Position numbers and translations under genes: made by a program. From positions 1 through 50,917 of IMG/VR virus record IMGVR_UViG_3300007555_000007: DNA of 50,917 nucleotides. One strand, 5' to 3'. Of the stretch, positions 1 through 9,858 are shown piece after piece (the stretch's first letter is position 1; each line of letters begins with the position of its first letter). The stretch is from a virus. Lineage: Duplodnaviria; Caudoviricetes. The notes under the pieces were generated by a model that was not told the DNA's origin, did not search any database, and saw only the letters and a program-made list of their open reading frames with translations.

Positions 1-3000
1 CAAAAAGCGAAGAGGATGTTATTGATTTACTTAATACATTGTCAAGCAGGTTGGCTGCGGGTATTGAACTACAAGCAGAAGATGTTTCTTTATTGGAGGA
101 ACTAGACAACGGAACTAACCCTATAGGTACACCAACAGAAATAGTTCTGCCAAAAACTAGAGAAAGTAGATTGGAGTTTAAGGATAGCTATGAGAACTCA
201 TTAGTTACTCCTGAAAAACAATTTGATATAACATCATTAATAAAAGATATTGTAGCCAAGAAACAAAAGGTTTGGTTTTGGGTAGCTGACCAATTGGGTA
301 TTAATGAAACCATTGATGGTGGTCCTAGTTTTGCTCATCAAGTAGAAGGAGATATTTGGGCAAGTAGTGTTAGTACTAAAACTATAGAAAAGAACTCTAA
401 GGAAGCTGATTACTTATTTATAATAAGTGGTTCTCCTGAAGTTAGTAAGCTTTTTAATAAAAAAGTTTATGATGTAATGACATCTAAATTAGGTGACTTT
501 AATACTTTTAAAAAGAAAGCATTAGAAGCAAAACCTATAAAGGTAATTAAAGATACTTTAAACGAATACAACTCATGGGAAGAGCTGAAAGATACTACAG
601 ATAGAAAGCCTTTCTTAATAGCGTTGAATAAGTCTAAGAACACCCCGAACACTGCATTTACAAAGTTTGTAAACTCTATTGATGGGTATACAGATATAGA
701 TGCATTAAGAGATGGGTTTTATAGAGAGAATGATTTCAAGCAAAATGATATTATGTTGGTGCTAAAACCAACAGGAGCTAGACAAGGTTCTAATCATTCA
801 ACTTATAACAATACAGTAGAAGGAGAAGTTATAGGTGTTCCGGACAGAAAAATAGATGCTCTTCAGCTTATGCCAAAAGAGATGAGAGAGAAGTATGAAG
901 GCAAGAGAGCAATGGCTTCTCAGGCAATAGCCCCTTATGGTTCAGGTAAAAAAGTCATCAGCCCTGAAGCGGGTGCTGAGTTCGACAAACTTACAACTGA
1001 AGAAAAGTCTAAGGCTAGACAGCAGTTGATAGGAGAGAACGCTCTTATGCAACAAGGGGTTAGAGTAAACTACACACTAGCTAAAGAGATGACTAGACAA
1101 GGCAAGAGCCCTTTAGTTATAAAAAGAGCTACAGGATGGGAACTTGGTAAAGATAATATGTGGAAGTACGAAACTGAAGACACTAAACTAGTGGATTCGT
1201 TTTGGAAGAAAACACCTTTTACTTTTGACAAGACTTTAGATAATGCAATTAAAGGTGCTTCATACTCATTAAAAGATATTGTAAAGACTGACATAGTTAA
1301 GCAGTACCCTAAGATAGGTGAGGCAAAACTATACGTGACCAATACATTTAAAGATGGCTTTAATGAATTGATGACAAAAGGTTCGTTAGGATTCTATGAC
1401 GCTGAGAACAATCAAATTGTTATAAACTCTGATATCTTTAAAGGAGACAAAACAAAAGCTATTCAGAAGTTTGAAAGTGTTTTGAACCACGAGCTTCAAC
1501 ACGCTATACAATTTATAGAAGGTTTTACCGTAGGTAGTAACAAAGATATTAGTATGCAGCAAGCGTTGAATCTTATTGACGCTCTTACTATAGAGTACAA
1601 GCAAAATGGTAAAGAAGAAATATTTAACGATATCTCTGAATTAAGAAGTCTTGTTAAGGCTTTAGAAGAGCTAGACAATGGTGACACGCAAGCCTACTTA
1701 AGAATAGGTGGTGAGGTTGAGTCTAGAAATGTTCAGAAAAGAATGGAGATGACAGACAAGCAAAAAAGAGAAAGCTTGTTGGAGTCAACAGAAGACGTTA
1801 GACCTGAAGATATTATATATGTATTTGACGACTACCAAAGAACTAGATTCACTCCTAAGAAAGCAAAAACTAGACAGCAACTAGACACCTATCCAATGGA
1901 AACAGAAGGACAGTGGTATGGTGAAGGTGACTTTAAAGCTAGAGGCGGTGTACTTACTATGATGTCTCCTCAAGATTTCTTGAGCAAAGCCAAGAATCTA
2001 GAGATAGATGAAGAGACAAGAGAGAATGTAGATGATTTGAAGAAGCACATTCAAGATGGTAAAAAATTAGACCCTCTAACTTTGTACTCTTTAGACGCTA
2101 CTGATGTACGTAATAGTGATGGTAGACATAGAGCAATTGCATCTCAAGAACTTGGCATACAAGAAGTTCCTGTAGTTGATTACACGCAGGTAAAAACTAG
2201 AAACCAATTAGAAACAGTAGAATACATAAACGAAGCTAGGGATAATAACTTTACTGATGCCGCTATTAAAGATTTCTTGGTTAGAAGAAAAGGTATGTCG
2301 GCTACAGAGGTAGATGAGTTATTAGCTATGAAAGTAGACAAGCTTACTACCCTACCTAAGAGTTTTGGTAACGTAAAAGGTGGTGCAAAAGTTGGTCTTA
2401 GATTATTCGAAAGAGTAAAACAGTTTCAGAAAAAAGAAACAGCTAGAAACAAAAAAAGAAAGAACCCTATTAGTCAAGCACAGATAATGGACAAGACTAT
2501 TGAGTTCTTAGAAGCACAGCCTGAGTATAAGAAAGAGGCTGAGGCTTACGTAGAAAAAGGAGTTACTAAGTACAAAAAAGGTTTATCTGTTCAGCAAGCA
2601 AAAATGCAGTCTGAGTTACAGAAGAGCACAGGGCAGAGACCTACGCAAAATATGGGTCAGAAGCTACGTGCTGCACGTTTACTTGTTAGACAATCTCTTA
2701 GAGCTAAGAAGAACTTACAAGCTCTTAAACGTGAGCTTAGAAACTTTATGAGAAAGGCTTTGCCTAAAGATTTGTATACCAAGTCTGAGACAATGAAGCT
2801 GATTAATAAAATTACTATAGCAGATGAGAACAATATAGAGAACTTGATGGATGAGATTATAGAGTTTGCAGCATCTAAAAATGTAGCTGCTCTTAAGAAT
2901 CAAATTAATTCATTCTTGAAAGGTAAGTACACAGACCTACAAGGTAACAGAGTCAAAGGGTATAAGATTGATGTAGCTACAAAAGAAGCTATTGATAGAA

Positions 3001-5732
3001 TCAAAAAATTTATACTCCCGGAAACAGCAACATCTGAAGAGATACTATCAGCTAATGAAAAGCTATTGACTCAGTACAATAAGTTAGATGCAGACCCTGA
3101 GCAAACCTCAGAGATAGTAGAGCAGATGACTGAGTTGATGATAGCTATGAACATAAACAACAGCTACTTAATGGAAGACACCAATATTGATAAGGTGGCT
3201 GCGTTAGATGCTGTGTCTCAGTTCATATCAGATTTAGTTACAGAAGGTAAGACTAGGTTAAAAGCAGAGATGGCTGCTCAGTCTGAAGAGTACAAGAGAC
3301 AATTTGCTGAATTGTATGAGGATGTTACAGGGGATAAGGTTGATTTGAAAGACAGTTCTTGGATAGAAAAACTTAAGTCTAAGCAGAGAGTAAGAGGTCT
3401 TGAAACCAAAAGAAACAAAGTAGAAGGTAGATTAAAAAACCTTCAAAGAAAAATGGCTAATGCAATAACATCTAACCTTATAAACACAGCAGAAGCTTTG
3501 GATGGATTGATGGATATGATATCCAAAATGCCGGGTGAAATGTTTGGAGGAAAGAGTCAAGAGTTAGTAACCGAGCGTATTGATGCGTCATCAAGAGTTT
3601 TTAAAGCTAGAAGAATGCTTATTGAGACTATGCTTAGAGAGACTATGCAAAAATACTACGGTAAAAATTGGAAAAAGAAATCTAGAGAGTTTAGAAAAAC
3701 AAAGGTAACAGGTATCTACATAAATAAAAATGAGGTTCAAGAAGCTCAAGACGAGTACAACAAAAACAGAACCACAGAAAACAAACAGAAACTAGAGAAA
3801 GCTATACGAGAGAATGAGCTAATTCTTAGTCAAAACCAAATGTACTATTACTATAATCAGTACAAAGACTCTGCTAACCATCCTGCATTTCAAAATATGT
3901 ATGGTGTTAACTACGCTAGAGTTATGGAGGATATGACCAATGCTCTTGAGCCGGAGGTAAAAGAGTTTGCAGATTGGCAAGTTGAGGTTTTATTCCCTGC
4001 ATTGTACAACCATTATAATGCTACATATAGAAAAATATATCGAACCAATATGCCTCAGCATGAAAACTATGCGGGTAAGATTTACAGGGAAGGTGTTATA
4101 ACTGAACCAATGGATTTGATTTCAGGTGTTGGAGCTCCTTTTAATAACACTGTAGGTGCTGCATCTACAAAAGTTAGAGAGGAAACAAATGCCAAAATTG
4201 CGGAGACAGATGGTAGTGATGCTTTGTTTACTTATCTATATGATATGGAATACTTTGCAGCATACGCTGAAGCTGTTAGAGATATAAATAAATTGTTTAC
4301 TAATGAGTATATAAAGAAGGCTATTGAAGATGTTCACGGTAAGTACACTATGAGCTTGATAACAACAGCTATTCAAAAACTAGCAAACAAGGGAACTAGA
4401 ACAGGTCTTACAGCTAAGTGGATAAATGGTATGAACAATGTATTCATCACATCTAGATTAGGTCTTAACCCTGTAGTAATGATTAAGCAGTTGACTTCAT
4501 TTGTGACATACGCAAATGATATTGGATTTGCTAATTGGGCTAAGTATGCGTTTACAAATATGAGCGAGCTTAAGAAACTATACAAAGAGGTTAGAGACAA
4601 TTCTGTATATATGCAAGACAGAAAGTTCGATGGTATTATGAGAGCTATTGAAAGTTATGCAGATTCTACTGAACTTAAAAGTTTCTTACCTAATGAGACT
4701 AAAGACTTTATGAATAACTTCTTGCTATTCACAACTAAGTTTGGAGACAGGGCAGCGATATATCTTGGAGGTCTTCCTAACTACAGCTACTATAAAGCTG
4801 AGTTTAAAAAGAAGAATCCAAATGCAACAGAGCAGGAGGCTATTGACCATGCGGTTATTAAGTTTGAAAGAGATACCAAGAGAACACAGCAGTCAGGAGA
4901 CTTGCAGGATAAGGATTTATTCCAAACCTCAGACCCTATAAGCAGAGCTTTGAATATGTTCCTTACAACACCTAAGCAATACTTAAGAAAAGAGATACAA
5001 TCTAGTAGGTCTTTATGGAGAAAGATGAAGGCTTGGGATAAGTCAGCAGGAAAAGGAACTGTTACTCAGAACATTAGAACAATGTTTACCTATCACATTA
5101 TGATGCCTGTATTTTTTCAGTGGATAGCAATGGGATTACCGGGAGCTCTTAGAGATTGGAGAGATGATGAGGAAGAAGATTTGTTAAGAGCTGCAATCAT
5201 TGGTAACTTGAACGCATTCTTTATATTAGGAGAGATGGTGAATATGGCAGGAGACTTTTTCACAGCAAAGCCTTGGGCGGGAGGCATAAAAACTGCAGGT
5301 ATATTAAATCAATCACGATTAATAACAGAGTCTGCTGTAAGGGCATCTAAAATAAAAGACCCTGAAAAAGCTGCAGCGGCTTGGAGAAAGTTCCAATTAG
5401 AATTGGTTAGTATGACAGGATTGCCCGCATCCAACGTAAATAAAATGTCAGGAAATATTCAGAAGCTTGTTGAAGGTGGTCTTGACCCCGGAGAAGCTAT
5501 ACTTAGAATATTGAATTTCTCTGAGTATCAAATAAAAGGAATGAAGAAAAAGAAGCCTAGTAAGAAAGAAATGAAACTTACTAAGAAGGAGATGAAGAAA
5601 TACTTTCCCGAACTCTATGATGAAATGGAAGACCTTAGAGACCTAGAGTATGAAGAGGAGATGAAGGAACTCAAAGCACAGCAGAGAGAAGAAAGAGAAA
5701 GAATGTTAGAAGAAATATATAACGATTATTAA
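1..5732 (+). CDS. Large polyvalent protein (probable internal virion/ejected protein), 5'-truncated; LPD23-like/metallopeptidase (HExxH) and ParB-like domains
   Basis: Frame is open from position 3, so the true start lies outside the window. Motifs ATGWELGKDNMWKYET and GEVESRNVQKR (LPD23-like), NHELQHAIQ (zincin HExxH), DGRHRAIA (ParB-like); long helical C-terminus. Confidence 0.75.
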   Translation, partial: KSEEDVIDLLNTLSSRLAAGIELQAEDVSLLEELDNGTNPIGTPTEIVLPKTRESRLEFKDSYENSLVTPEKQFDITSLIKDIVAKKQKVWFWVADQLGINETIDGGPSFAHQVEGDIWASSVSTKTIEKNSKEADYLFIISGSPEVSKLFNKKVYDVMTSKLGDFNTFKKKALEAKPIKVIKDTLNEYNSWEELKDTTDRKPFLIALNKSKNTPNTAFTKFVNSIDGYTDIDALRDGFYRENDFKQNDIMLVLKPTGARQGSNHSTYNNTVEGEVIGVPDRKIDALQLMPKEMREKYEGKRAMASQAIAPYGSGKKVISPEAGAEFDKLTTEEKSKARQQLIGENALMQQGVRVNYTLAKEMTRQGKSPLVIKRATGWELGKDNMWKYETEDTKLVDSFWKKTPFTFDKTLDNAIKGASYSLKDIVKTDIVKQYPKIGEAKLYVTNTFKDGFNELMTKGSLGFYDAENNQIVINSDIFKGDKTKAIQKFESVLNHELQHAIQFIEGFTVGSNKDISMQQALNLIDALTIEYKQNGKEEIFNDISELRSLVKALEELDNGDTQAYLRIGGEVESRNVQKRMEMTDKQKRESLLESTEDVRPEDIIYVFDDYQRTRFTPKKAKTRQQLDTYPMETEGQWYGEGDFKARGGVLTMMSPQDFLSKAKNLEIDEETRENVDDLKKHIQDGKKLDPLTLYSLDATDVRNSDGRHRAIASQELGIQEVPVVDYTQVKTRNQLETVEYINEARDNNFTDAAIKDFLVRRKGMSATEVDELLAMKVDKLTTLPKSFGNVKGGAKVGLRLFERVKQFQKKETARNKKRKNPISQAQIMDKTIEFLEAQPEYKKEAEAYVEKGVTKYKKGLSVQQAKMQSELQKSTGQRPTQNMGQKLRAARLLVRQSLRAKKNLQALKRELRNFMRKALPKDLYTKSETMKLINKITIADENNIENLMDEIIEFAASKNVAALKNQINSFLKGKYTDLQGNRVKGYKIDVATKEAIDRIKKFILPETATSEEILSANEKLLTQYNKLDADPEQTSEIVEQMTELMIAMNINNSYLMEDTNIDKVAALDAVSQFISDLVTEGKTRLKAEMAAQSEEYKRQFAELYEDVTGDKVDLKDSSWIEKLKSKQRVRGLETKRNKVEGRLKNLQRKMANAITSNLINTAEALDGLMDMISKMPGEMFGGKSQELVTERIDASSRVFKARRMLIETMLRETMQKYYGKNWKKKSREFRKTKVTGIYINKNEVQEAQDEYNKNRTTENKQKLEKAIRENELILSQNQMYYYYNQYKDSANHPAFQNMYGVNYARVMEDMTNALEPEVKEFADWQVEVLFPALYNHYNATYRKIYRTNMPQHENYAGKIYREGVITEPMDLISGVGAPFNNTVGAASTKVREETNAKIAETDGSDALFTYLYDMEYFAAYAEAVRDINKLFTNEYIKKAIEDVHGKYTMSLITTAIQKLANKGTRTGLTAKWINGMNNVFITSRLGLNPVVMIKQLTSFVTYANDIGFANWAKYAFTNMSELKKLYKEVRDNSVYMQDRKFDGIMRAIESYADSTELKSFLPNETKDFMNNFLLFTTKFGDRAAIYLGGLPNYSYYKAEFKKKNPNATEQEAIDHAVIKFERDTKRTQQSGDLQDKDLFQTSDPISRALNMFLTTPKQYLRKEIQSSRSLWRKMKAWDKSAGKGTVTQNIRTMFTYHIMMPVFFQWIAMGLPGALRDWRDDEEEDLLRAAIIGNLNAFFILGEMVNMAGDFFTAKPWAGGIKTAGILNQSRLITESAVRASKIKDPEKAAAAWRKFQLELVSMTGLPASNVNKMSGNIQKLVEGGLDPGEAILRILNFSEYQIKGMKKKKPSKKEMKLTKKEMKKYFPELYDEMEDLRDLEYEEEMKELKAQQREERERMLEEIYNDY

Positions 5733-5739
5733 TATAGGT

Positions 5740-5907
5740 ATGCCATTTAAAAGCGAAGCACAAAGAAGATATATGCACAAGAACCTCCCTGAGATAGCAG
5801 TTCGATGGGAGGCTGAGTATGGTAGTAGCGATTTACCTAAGAGGATAAAACCTAAGACAAAACTTCAAGAGAAAAGAAGGAGAAGACGAAAGGGTAGAAG
5901 ATACTAG
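5740..5907 (+). CDS. Small basic protein (55 aa, MPFKSEAQRRYMH...KRRRRRKGRRY)
   Basis: Hand-translated; below the ORF-track length cutoff. ATG 7 nt after the upstream stop; the MPFKSxxQRR N-terminus is common in small phage proteins. Confidence 0.7.
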   Translation: MPFKSEAQRRYMHKNLPEIAVRWEAEYGSSDLPKRIKPKTKLQEKRRRRRKGRRY

Positions 5908-5922
5908 TGTCTTCGAAGACAC
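5907..5922. repeat. 16-bp palindrome GTGTCTTCGAAGACAC, copy 1 (where the + and - arms converge)
   Basis: Exact match read in the sequence. Confidence 0.95.
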
Positions 5923-5927
5923 AAAAA

Positions 5928-6083
5928 TTATTCGTATCTCATAGTAAGAAACACCTGAAATATTCCTAAATATAAAACGTGGTCTACTTCATAGGCATCA
6001 CCTACTGTAAACTCATAGTGTCTTACCCCTACAAGTAATCCTTTTACCATACCTACACTTAATCCCCAATGTGTTAACTTCAT
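5928..6083 (-). CDS. Hypothetical protein (51 aa, MKLTHWGLSVG...)
   Basis: Hand-translated; ATGA overlap with the upstream gene. Confidence 0.55.
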   Translation of the reverse strand: MKLTHWGLSVGMVKGLLVGVRHYEFTVGDAYEVDHVLYLGIFQVFLTMRYE

Positions 6084-6325
6084 AATAATAAATGTACTAA
6101 CCAAGCGATGAGCCCGTTTAAATTAAGAGCCACTAGATTCCATTGTTTTCTAGAACTCGTTTGAACTATAACAAATACAAACCCTATAACATAAAGTACA
6201 GGGTCTATTCTCCATTGAGCAGCAATTAAAAATCCACTACCCATATAACCAACTCTTGATGCAAACTTTTGATATGATGTTAGCTTGTTGGTGTACCTAA
6301 GTTTTTTTAATATTTTATTTATCAT
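6080..6325 (-). CDS. Small membrane protein
   Basis: Three hydrophobic segments; start moved to MINK to give an ATGA overlap with the holin. Confidence 0.6.
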   Translation of the reverse strand: MINKILKKLRYTNKLTSYQKFASRVGYMGSGFLIAAQWRIDPVLYVIGFVFVIVQTSSRKQWNLVALNLNGLIAWLVHLLL

Positions 6326-6711
6326 TTTGTAAGCCCTTGTTTTTTCTCCCACGTTCTCATTCCACCTAAACCTAACATACCAAATAGTATTGTAAACAAC
6401 TCATCCATCTGCAAAGCAGGCAAGTCACTCCATTCAGGATGTGCGAAAATAATTAAGTCTCTTAGAATAAAATTATACAATAGAGCTACACCTATAACCC
6501 AACCAATAAAAGGTCTCCAACCCGCCACAAACATTGTTCTGTGACCTGCCTCAACCTCGTTAATCTTTGTCTGTAATGCAACCAACCTTTCAGCAGTTTC
6601 AAGTTGCTTGTTTGGGTCTAACTCTTTTCCCTTGATAGCTTCACGAATGTCTTTCGCCAAGTCTCCAATGCCTTTTGTTCCTGTTCCTAATAACTTGCTT
6701 AACCAACTCAT
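6322..6711 (-). CDS. Holin of 3TMs (GTA-type holin family)
   Basis: Family signature AGWRPFIGWV...FGMLGLGGMRTWEK. Confidence 0.8.
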   Translation of the reverse strand: MSWLSKLLGTGTKGIGDLAKDIREAIKGKELDPNKQLETAERLVALQTKINEVEAGHRTMFVAGWRPFIGWVIGVALLYNFILRDLIIFAHPEWSDLPALQMDELFTILFGMLGLGGMRTWEKKQGLTK

Positions 6712-6713
6712 TT

Positions 6714-7124
6714 TTAATATTTTAATTTTTTAAACTCTTTTGAATCATTAAAGTAAACCATAAGCTCTTGGTCATTGTGTGAACCCTCTCTAGGTTTTCG
6801 ACCTCCCCACTTTATAGTTCCTTGTATATCTATTATCTTTCCATATATTATTCCATCCTCACAAGCCCATATCACAACAGGATTCAACCTCTTAGAACTA
6901 AGCTTTACCAACTTGTACGCTGAGACAGGCAACGGAAAAGAGTCTTTAATCATCCTCTTTCTACCCTTCACCTCTACATAAGCTATTAGATTAGAGTCTT
7001 TATCAAAGACCTTAAAGTCTATGTCGTTAGGGTCTAGCTTTTTAAAGCTACCTCCAAATATATCTACAAAAAATCTAATAGCCTTATGCTCCCTATCTAA
7101 ATCTTTTCTATTCTCAAACCTCAT
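6714..7124 (-). CDS. Putative PD-(D/E)XK nuclease-fold protein
   Basis: IDFKV...YVEVKGR motif; probable start MRFEN at 7124. Confidence 0.5.
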   Translation of the reverse strand: MRFENRKDLDREHKAIRFFVDIFGGSFKKLDPNDIDFKVFDKDSNLIAYVEVKGRKRMIKDSFPLPVSAYKLVKLSSKRLNPVVIWACEDGIIYGKIIDIQGTIKWGGRKPREGSHNDQELMVYFNDSKEFKKLKY

Positions 7125-7272
7125 TATTTGTATAAACCTCAACAGTCTTAACAGAGCAAGCAGGATTAACACAAGTGTTAACACTAACTATACCGCCTTC
7201 TTCCTGACCAAAGTCTTCAGAATCAAAATCTTGACCCCAAAGCAATTCTATACTACACATAGGACAATTCAT
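7114..7272 (-). CDS. Small zinc-ribbon protein (52 aa, MNCPMC...TCVNPAC)
   Basis: Hand-translated; CxxC and CxxxxC pairs; fills the gap between genes. Confidence 0.6.
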   Translation of the reverse strand: MNCPMCSIELLWGQDFDSEDFGQEEGGIVSVNTCVNPACSVKTVEVYTNNEV

Positions 7273-7288
7273 AATATATAATTTTAAT

Positions 7289-8374
7289 TTAAAAAAAATG
7301 AGTTAGCCTTGCTACTTGACCACTCTTCTTACTGTGTATAAATCCTTCAACAGCTTTAGGTGCTCCCGTGTAACCCTTTCTTGAGTGCCAACTATCAGCA
7401 GCAGAAGGGCTTCTCATATACTCAACTGTAACCCCTATAAAATCTTTTGCGTCTCTCCACTTGTGTTTTACTTTGTGGTGTAGATGATGTAAGTACCAAT
7501 ACCTGTGGCTTGTTGATGCCCAACGCTTAGGACATTCTTGAGCCATAAGCAAAGGAAGGCTATCTAGTTTTGCTCCATCACCGTGCTCGATTCCTATTAG
7601 ATTTGTTCCGTACTTATAATACTTTCTATAAGAAACACTGATATCAAACCTAATATCTTCTGCTTTTCTGAACCAACTTTTTAATGTGTGTGCTAGGTGA
7701 AAACCTGATTGGTAGTCGTGGTTACTCATACTGTGAACCACATCAACAGGTGCAACCTGTCTTAACATTTCAATACACTTTACATATAACTGAAGTGCAA
7801 TTTCGTAATGCTCCCACCACTTGCCATCAGCGTCTTGTGGTGTACCCTTTGTAGTTGTATTGTATACATTATCTACGTGAAGAATATCGTTTCCGATACA
7901 GAATAAAATTTTATCTATCTCAAAACCACTTGCTTGTTTTAGCAAACCTCCGACACCTTCTATAACTCTATTGACAGCTATCTCGCAGTCATAATCCTCA
8001 CCTGTCTCCTCGGAGTTTGCATACTTACCTATGTGTATGTCTGCAGGATTTATAACTAATAAGTTCTTATTTTGCTTCTTCTTTATTTCAGGGAATGAGT
8101 ATTCGGGAGCGTGGCTAGAAACCAATTCATTTATCCTACCAAACAAATCTTCGTGGTTTAATCCTATATCTTCTTTGGTTACAATAGAAAATCTATACTC
8201 ACCGCTTGCACTTTGCCAATGCTTAACACTGACTACATCTTTCTTATCTATACCTCTTTCTTGTAAGTGTATATCTAATGAAGTGTTATCATTGACGTTC
8301 TCTAGATTAGAAGCTCTCTTTTCGTTTACTAAGTCAAACTCTTCGGGAGTTAATCTTATTCTTTTATTAGCCAT
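7289..8374 (-). CDS. Calcineurin-like metallophosphoesterase
   Basis: Motifs DIHIG, GND, SNHD, EHGD, HHLHH. Confidence 0.8.
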   Translation of the reverse strand: MANKRIRLTPEEFDLVNEKRASNLENVNDNTSLDIHLQERGIDKKDVVSVKHWQSASGEYRFSIVTKEDIGLNHEDLFGRINELVSSHAPEYSFPEIKKKQNKNLLVINPADIHIGKYANSEETGEDYDCEIAVNRVIEGVGGLLKQASGFEIDKILFCIGNDILHVDNVYNTTTKGTPQDADGKWWEHYEIALQLYVKCIEMLRQVAPVDVVHSMSNHDYQSGFHLAHTLKSWFRKAEDIRFDISVSYRKYYKYGTNLIGIEHGDGAKLDSLPLLMAQECPKRWASTSHRYWYLHHLHHKVKHKWRDAKDFIGVTVEYMRSPSAADSWHSRKGYTGAPKAVEGFIHSKKSGQVARLTHFF

Positions 8375-8379
8375 AATTT

Positions 8380-8562
8380 TTAAAGTTTATCATCAAAAGA
8401 TTCTTGTATCTCTTCTATTTTATTAATCATATCCTTTAGATTCAAATCTAATTGAGCATAGTCTTCATCAATCATGTCCTCATATATAGAGTTAAGGCAT
8501 GAGTGCAACTCATCCATCAAATGATTTACATAACTCAGCCTTTCTGTTTTAACTCTATACAT
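8380..8562 (-). CDS. Hypothetical protein
   Basis: Fits the operon; probable start MYRVK. Confidence 0.55.
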   Translation of the reverse strand: MYRVKTERLSYVNHLMDELHSCLNSIYEDMIDEDYAQLDLNLKDMINKIEEIQESFDDKL

Positions 8563-8572
8563 ACTTCTACTA

Positions 8573-8809
8573 CTACTTACTATCCATTGCAAACAAAAGT
8601 GTCTTTCCTGTTTTTTCATCAATCTTTTTGATTGCTGAATATATCTTTCTAGACTTTGCTTTTACATCTTGCTTTTCTTTTTTTGTTGAGTCAGTACCTA
8701 AGTTACAGTACATATCAGAATCTATTCTGTACAACTCATCTAGCTTTTGCTTTAGACTCCAAGAAGAGAATCCAATAATTTTATCTACGTCTTCAAATTT
8801 ATAATCCAT
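8573..8809 (-). CDS. Hypothetical protein
   Basis: ORF in a tightly packed operon. Confidence 0.65.
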   Translation of the reverse strand: MDYKFEDVDKIIGFSSWSLKQKLDELYRIDSDMYCNLGTDSTKKEKQDVKAKSRKIYSAIKKIDEKTGKTLLFAMDSK

Positions 8810-9329
8810 TGTATATCGTATTAAGTTTTCTGTGTATTACCGGGATATCCTTATCTTTTGTTCTTTCAGTTATCAATTCAAACAAAGATGAGAACCTTCC
8901 TTCTCTCTCTCTGAACGATTTACATTCATCTTTTAGACTAGCATTGTCCAAATTTAACATTTTTATTTGATTATTTGCAAGAATTAATAGGTTTTTTAAT
9001 TGCAAACTACTTTTATGCTCAAGCAACATATCGTGTGAATTGTAAACTTCTTTTACTATATGGTACTTTGATATAAAAGATTTTTCATTTTTAAGCATCC
9101 AATCTAATGACTTTAAACAATGAATAATTGTTGCGTGATTCTTACCTATCATTCTTCCAATAGCAGTATACCCATAGCCTTCATCATACATTATACTCAT
9201 AAATGTTAACCGAGCATCTGTATACTCCCTCCTTCTGCATTTATCCATAAGGTCTAGCTCGTAAACTGAATTTACAATGTTCTTTAAAGTAATAGCTTGT
9301 GTTTTTCTATGTGTTTCTAATTTATTCAT
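8799..9329 (-). CDS. DnaA C-terminal-like HTH DNA-binding protein with coiled coil
   Basis: RRREYTDAR...GYTAIGRMIGKNHATIIH resembles DnaA domain IV. Confidence 0.7.
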   Translation of the reverse strand: MNKLETHRKTQAITLKNIVNSVYELDLMDKCRRREYTDARLTFMSIMYDEGYGYTAIGRMIGKNHATIIHCLKSLDWMLKNEKSFISKYHIVKEVYNSHDMLLEHKSSLQLKNLLILANNQIKMLNLDNASLKDECKSFREREGRFSSLFELITERTKDKDIPVIHRKLNTIYNGL

Positions 9330-9651
9330 AAGTTTTAAGTGTTTGTTTGTTTGTTATATAATCTAAGTATGTATCAACATCTATTGGCTGAATGTCTAAA
9401 AATATTGGAACTGTTCCCATCTCATTAAGAAATTCAATCTCAAAGAAATAAGGATTCTTCCCTTTGACTACACCTCCAATATACTGAGACCAACCGTTTA
9501 CTTTTTTAAGGTCTAAGTAGTTGTCTTCTATTTGAGCTTGTATATTTTTTGCAACGTCACTAGATAGTGATTGCAGAATATCCATAACCCAAAAATCAAC
9601 TTCGTAACCTATGTAATCATTATCCTCTGTAAACCTCTGTGTTGAATCCAT
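9322..9651 (-). CDS. Hypothetical protein
   Basis: Overlaps both neighbours in the operon. Confidence 0.6.
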   Translation of the reverse strand: MDSTQRFTEDNDYIGYEVDFWVMDILQSLSSDVAKNIQAQIEDNYLDLKKVNGWSQYIGGVVKGKNPYFFEIEFLNEMGTVPIFLDIQPIDVDTYLDYITNKQTLKTYE

Positions 9652-9856
9652 ACTTTTCTAATTCTTTTAATCTATATTCTTGCAATTTTGACAACCTACC
9701 TTCAGGTCTCTTGACTTCTATAAAAAGAACTTCGCTTTCTTTTAGTGCCAATAAATCGGGAATACCGTTCTTGTTTGTCTTAACCAACTTTAATACGTAG
9801 TACCCCTCAGCCTCAAGTTGTTTTATTCTTTTAGATTGTATCTGCTGCTCTGTCAT
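9620..9856 (-). CDS. VRR-NUC domain nuclease
   Basis: E..IQ...GIPDLL...FIEVKRPEGRLSKLQ; adjacent to the SNF2 helicase. Confidence 0.85.
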   Translation of the reverse strand: MTEQQIQSKRIKQLEAEGYYVLKLVKTNKNGIPDLLALKESEVLFIEVKRPEGRLSKLQEYRLKELEKYGFNTEVYRG

Positions 9857-9858
9857 AA

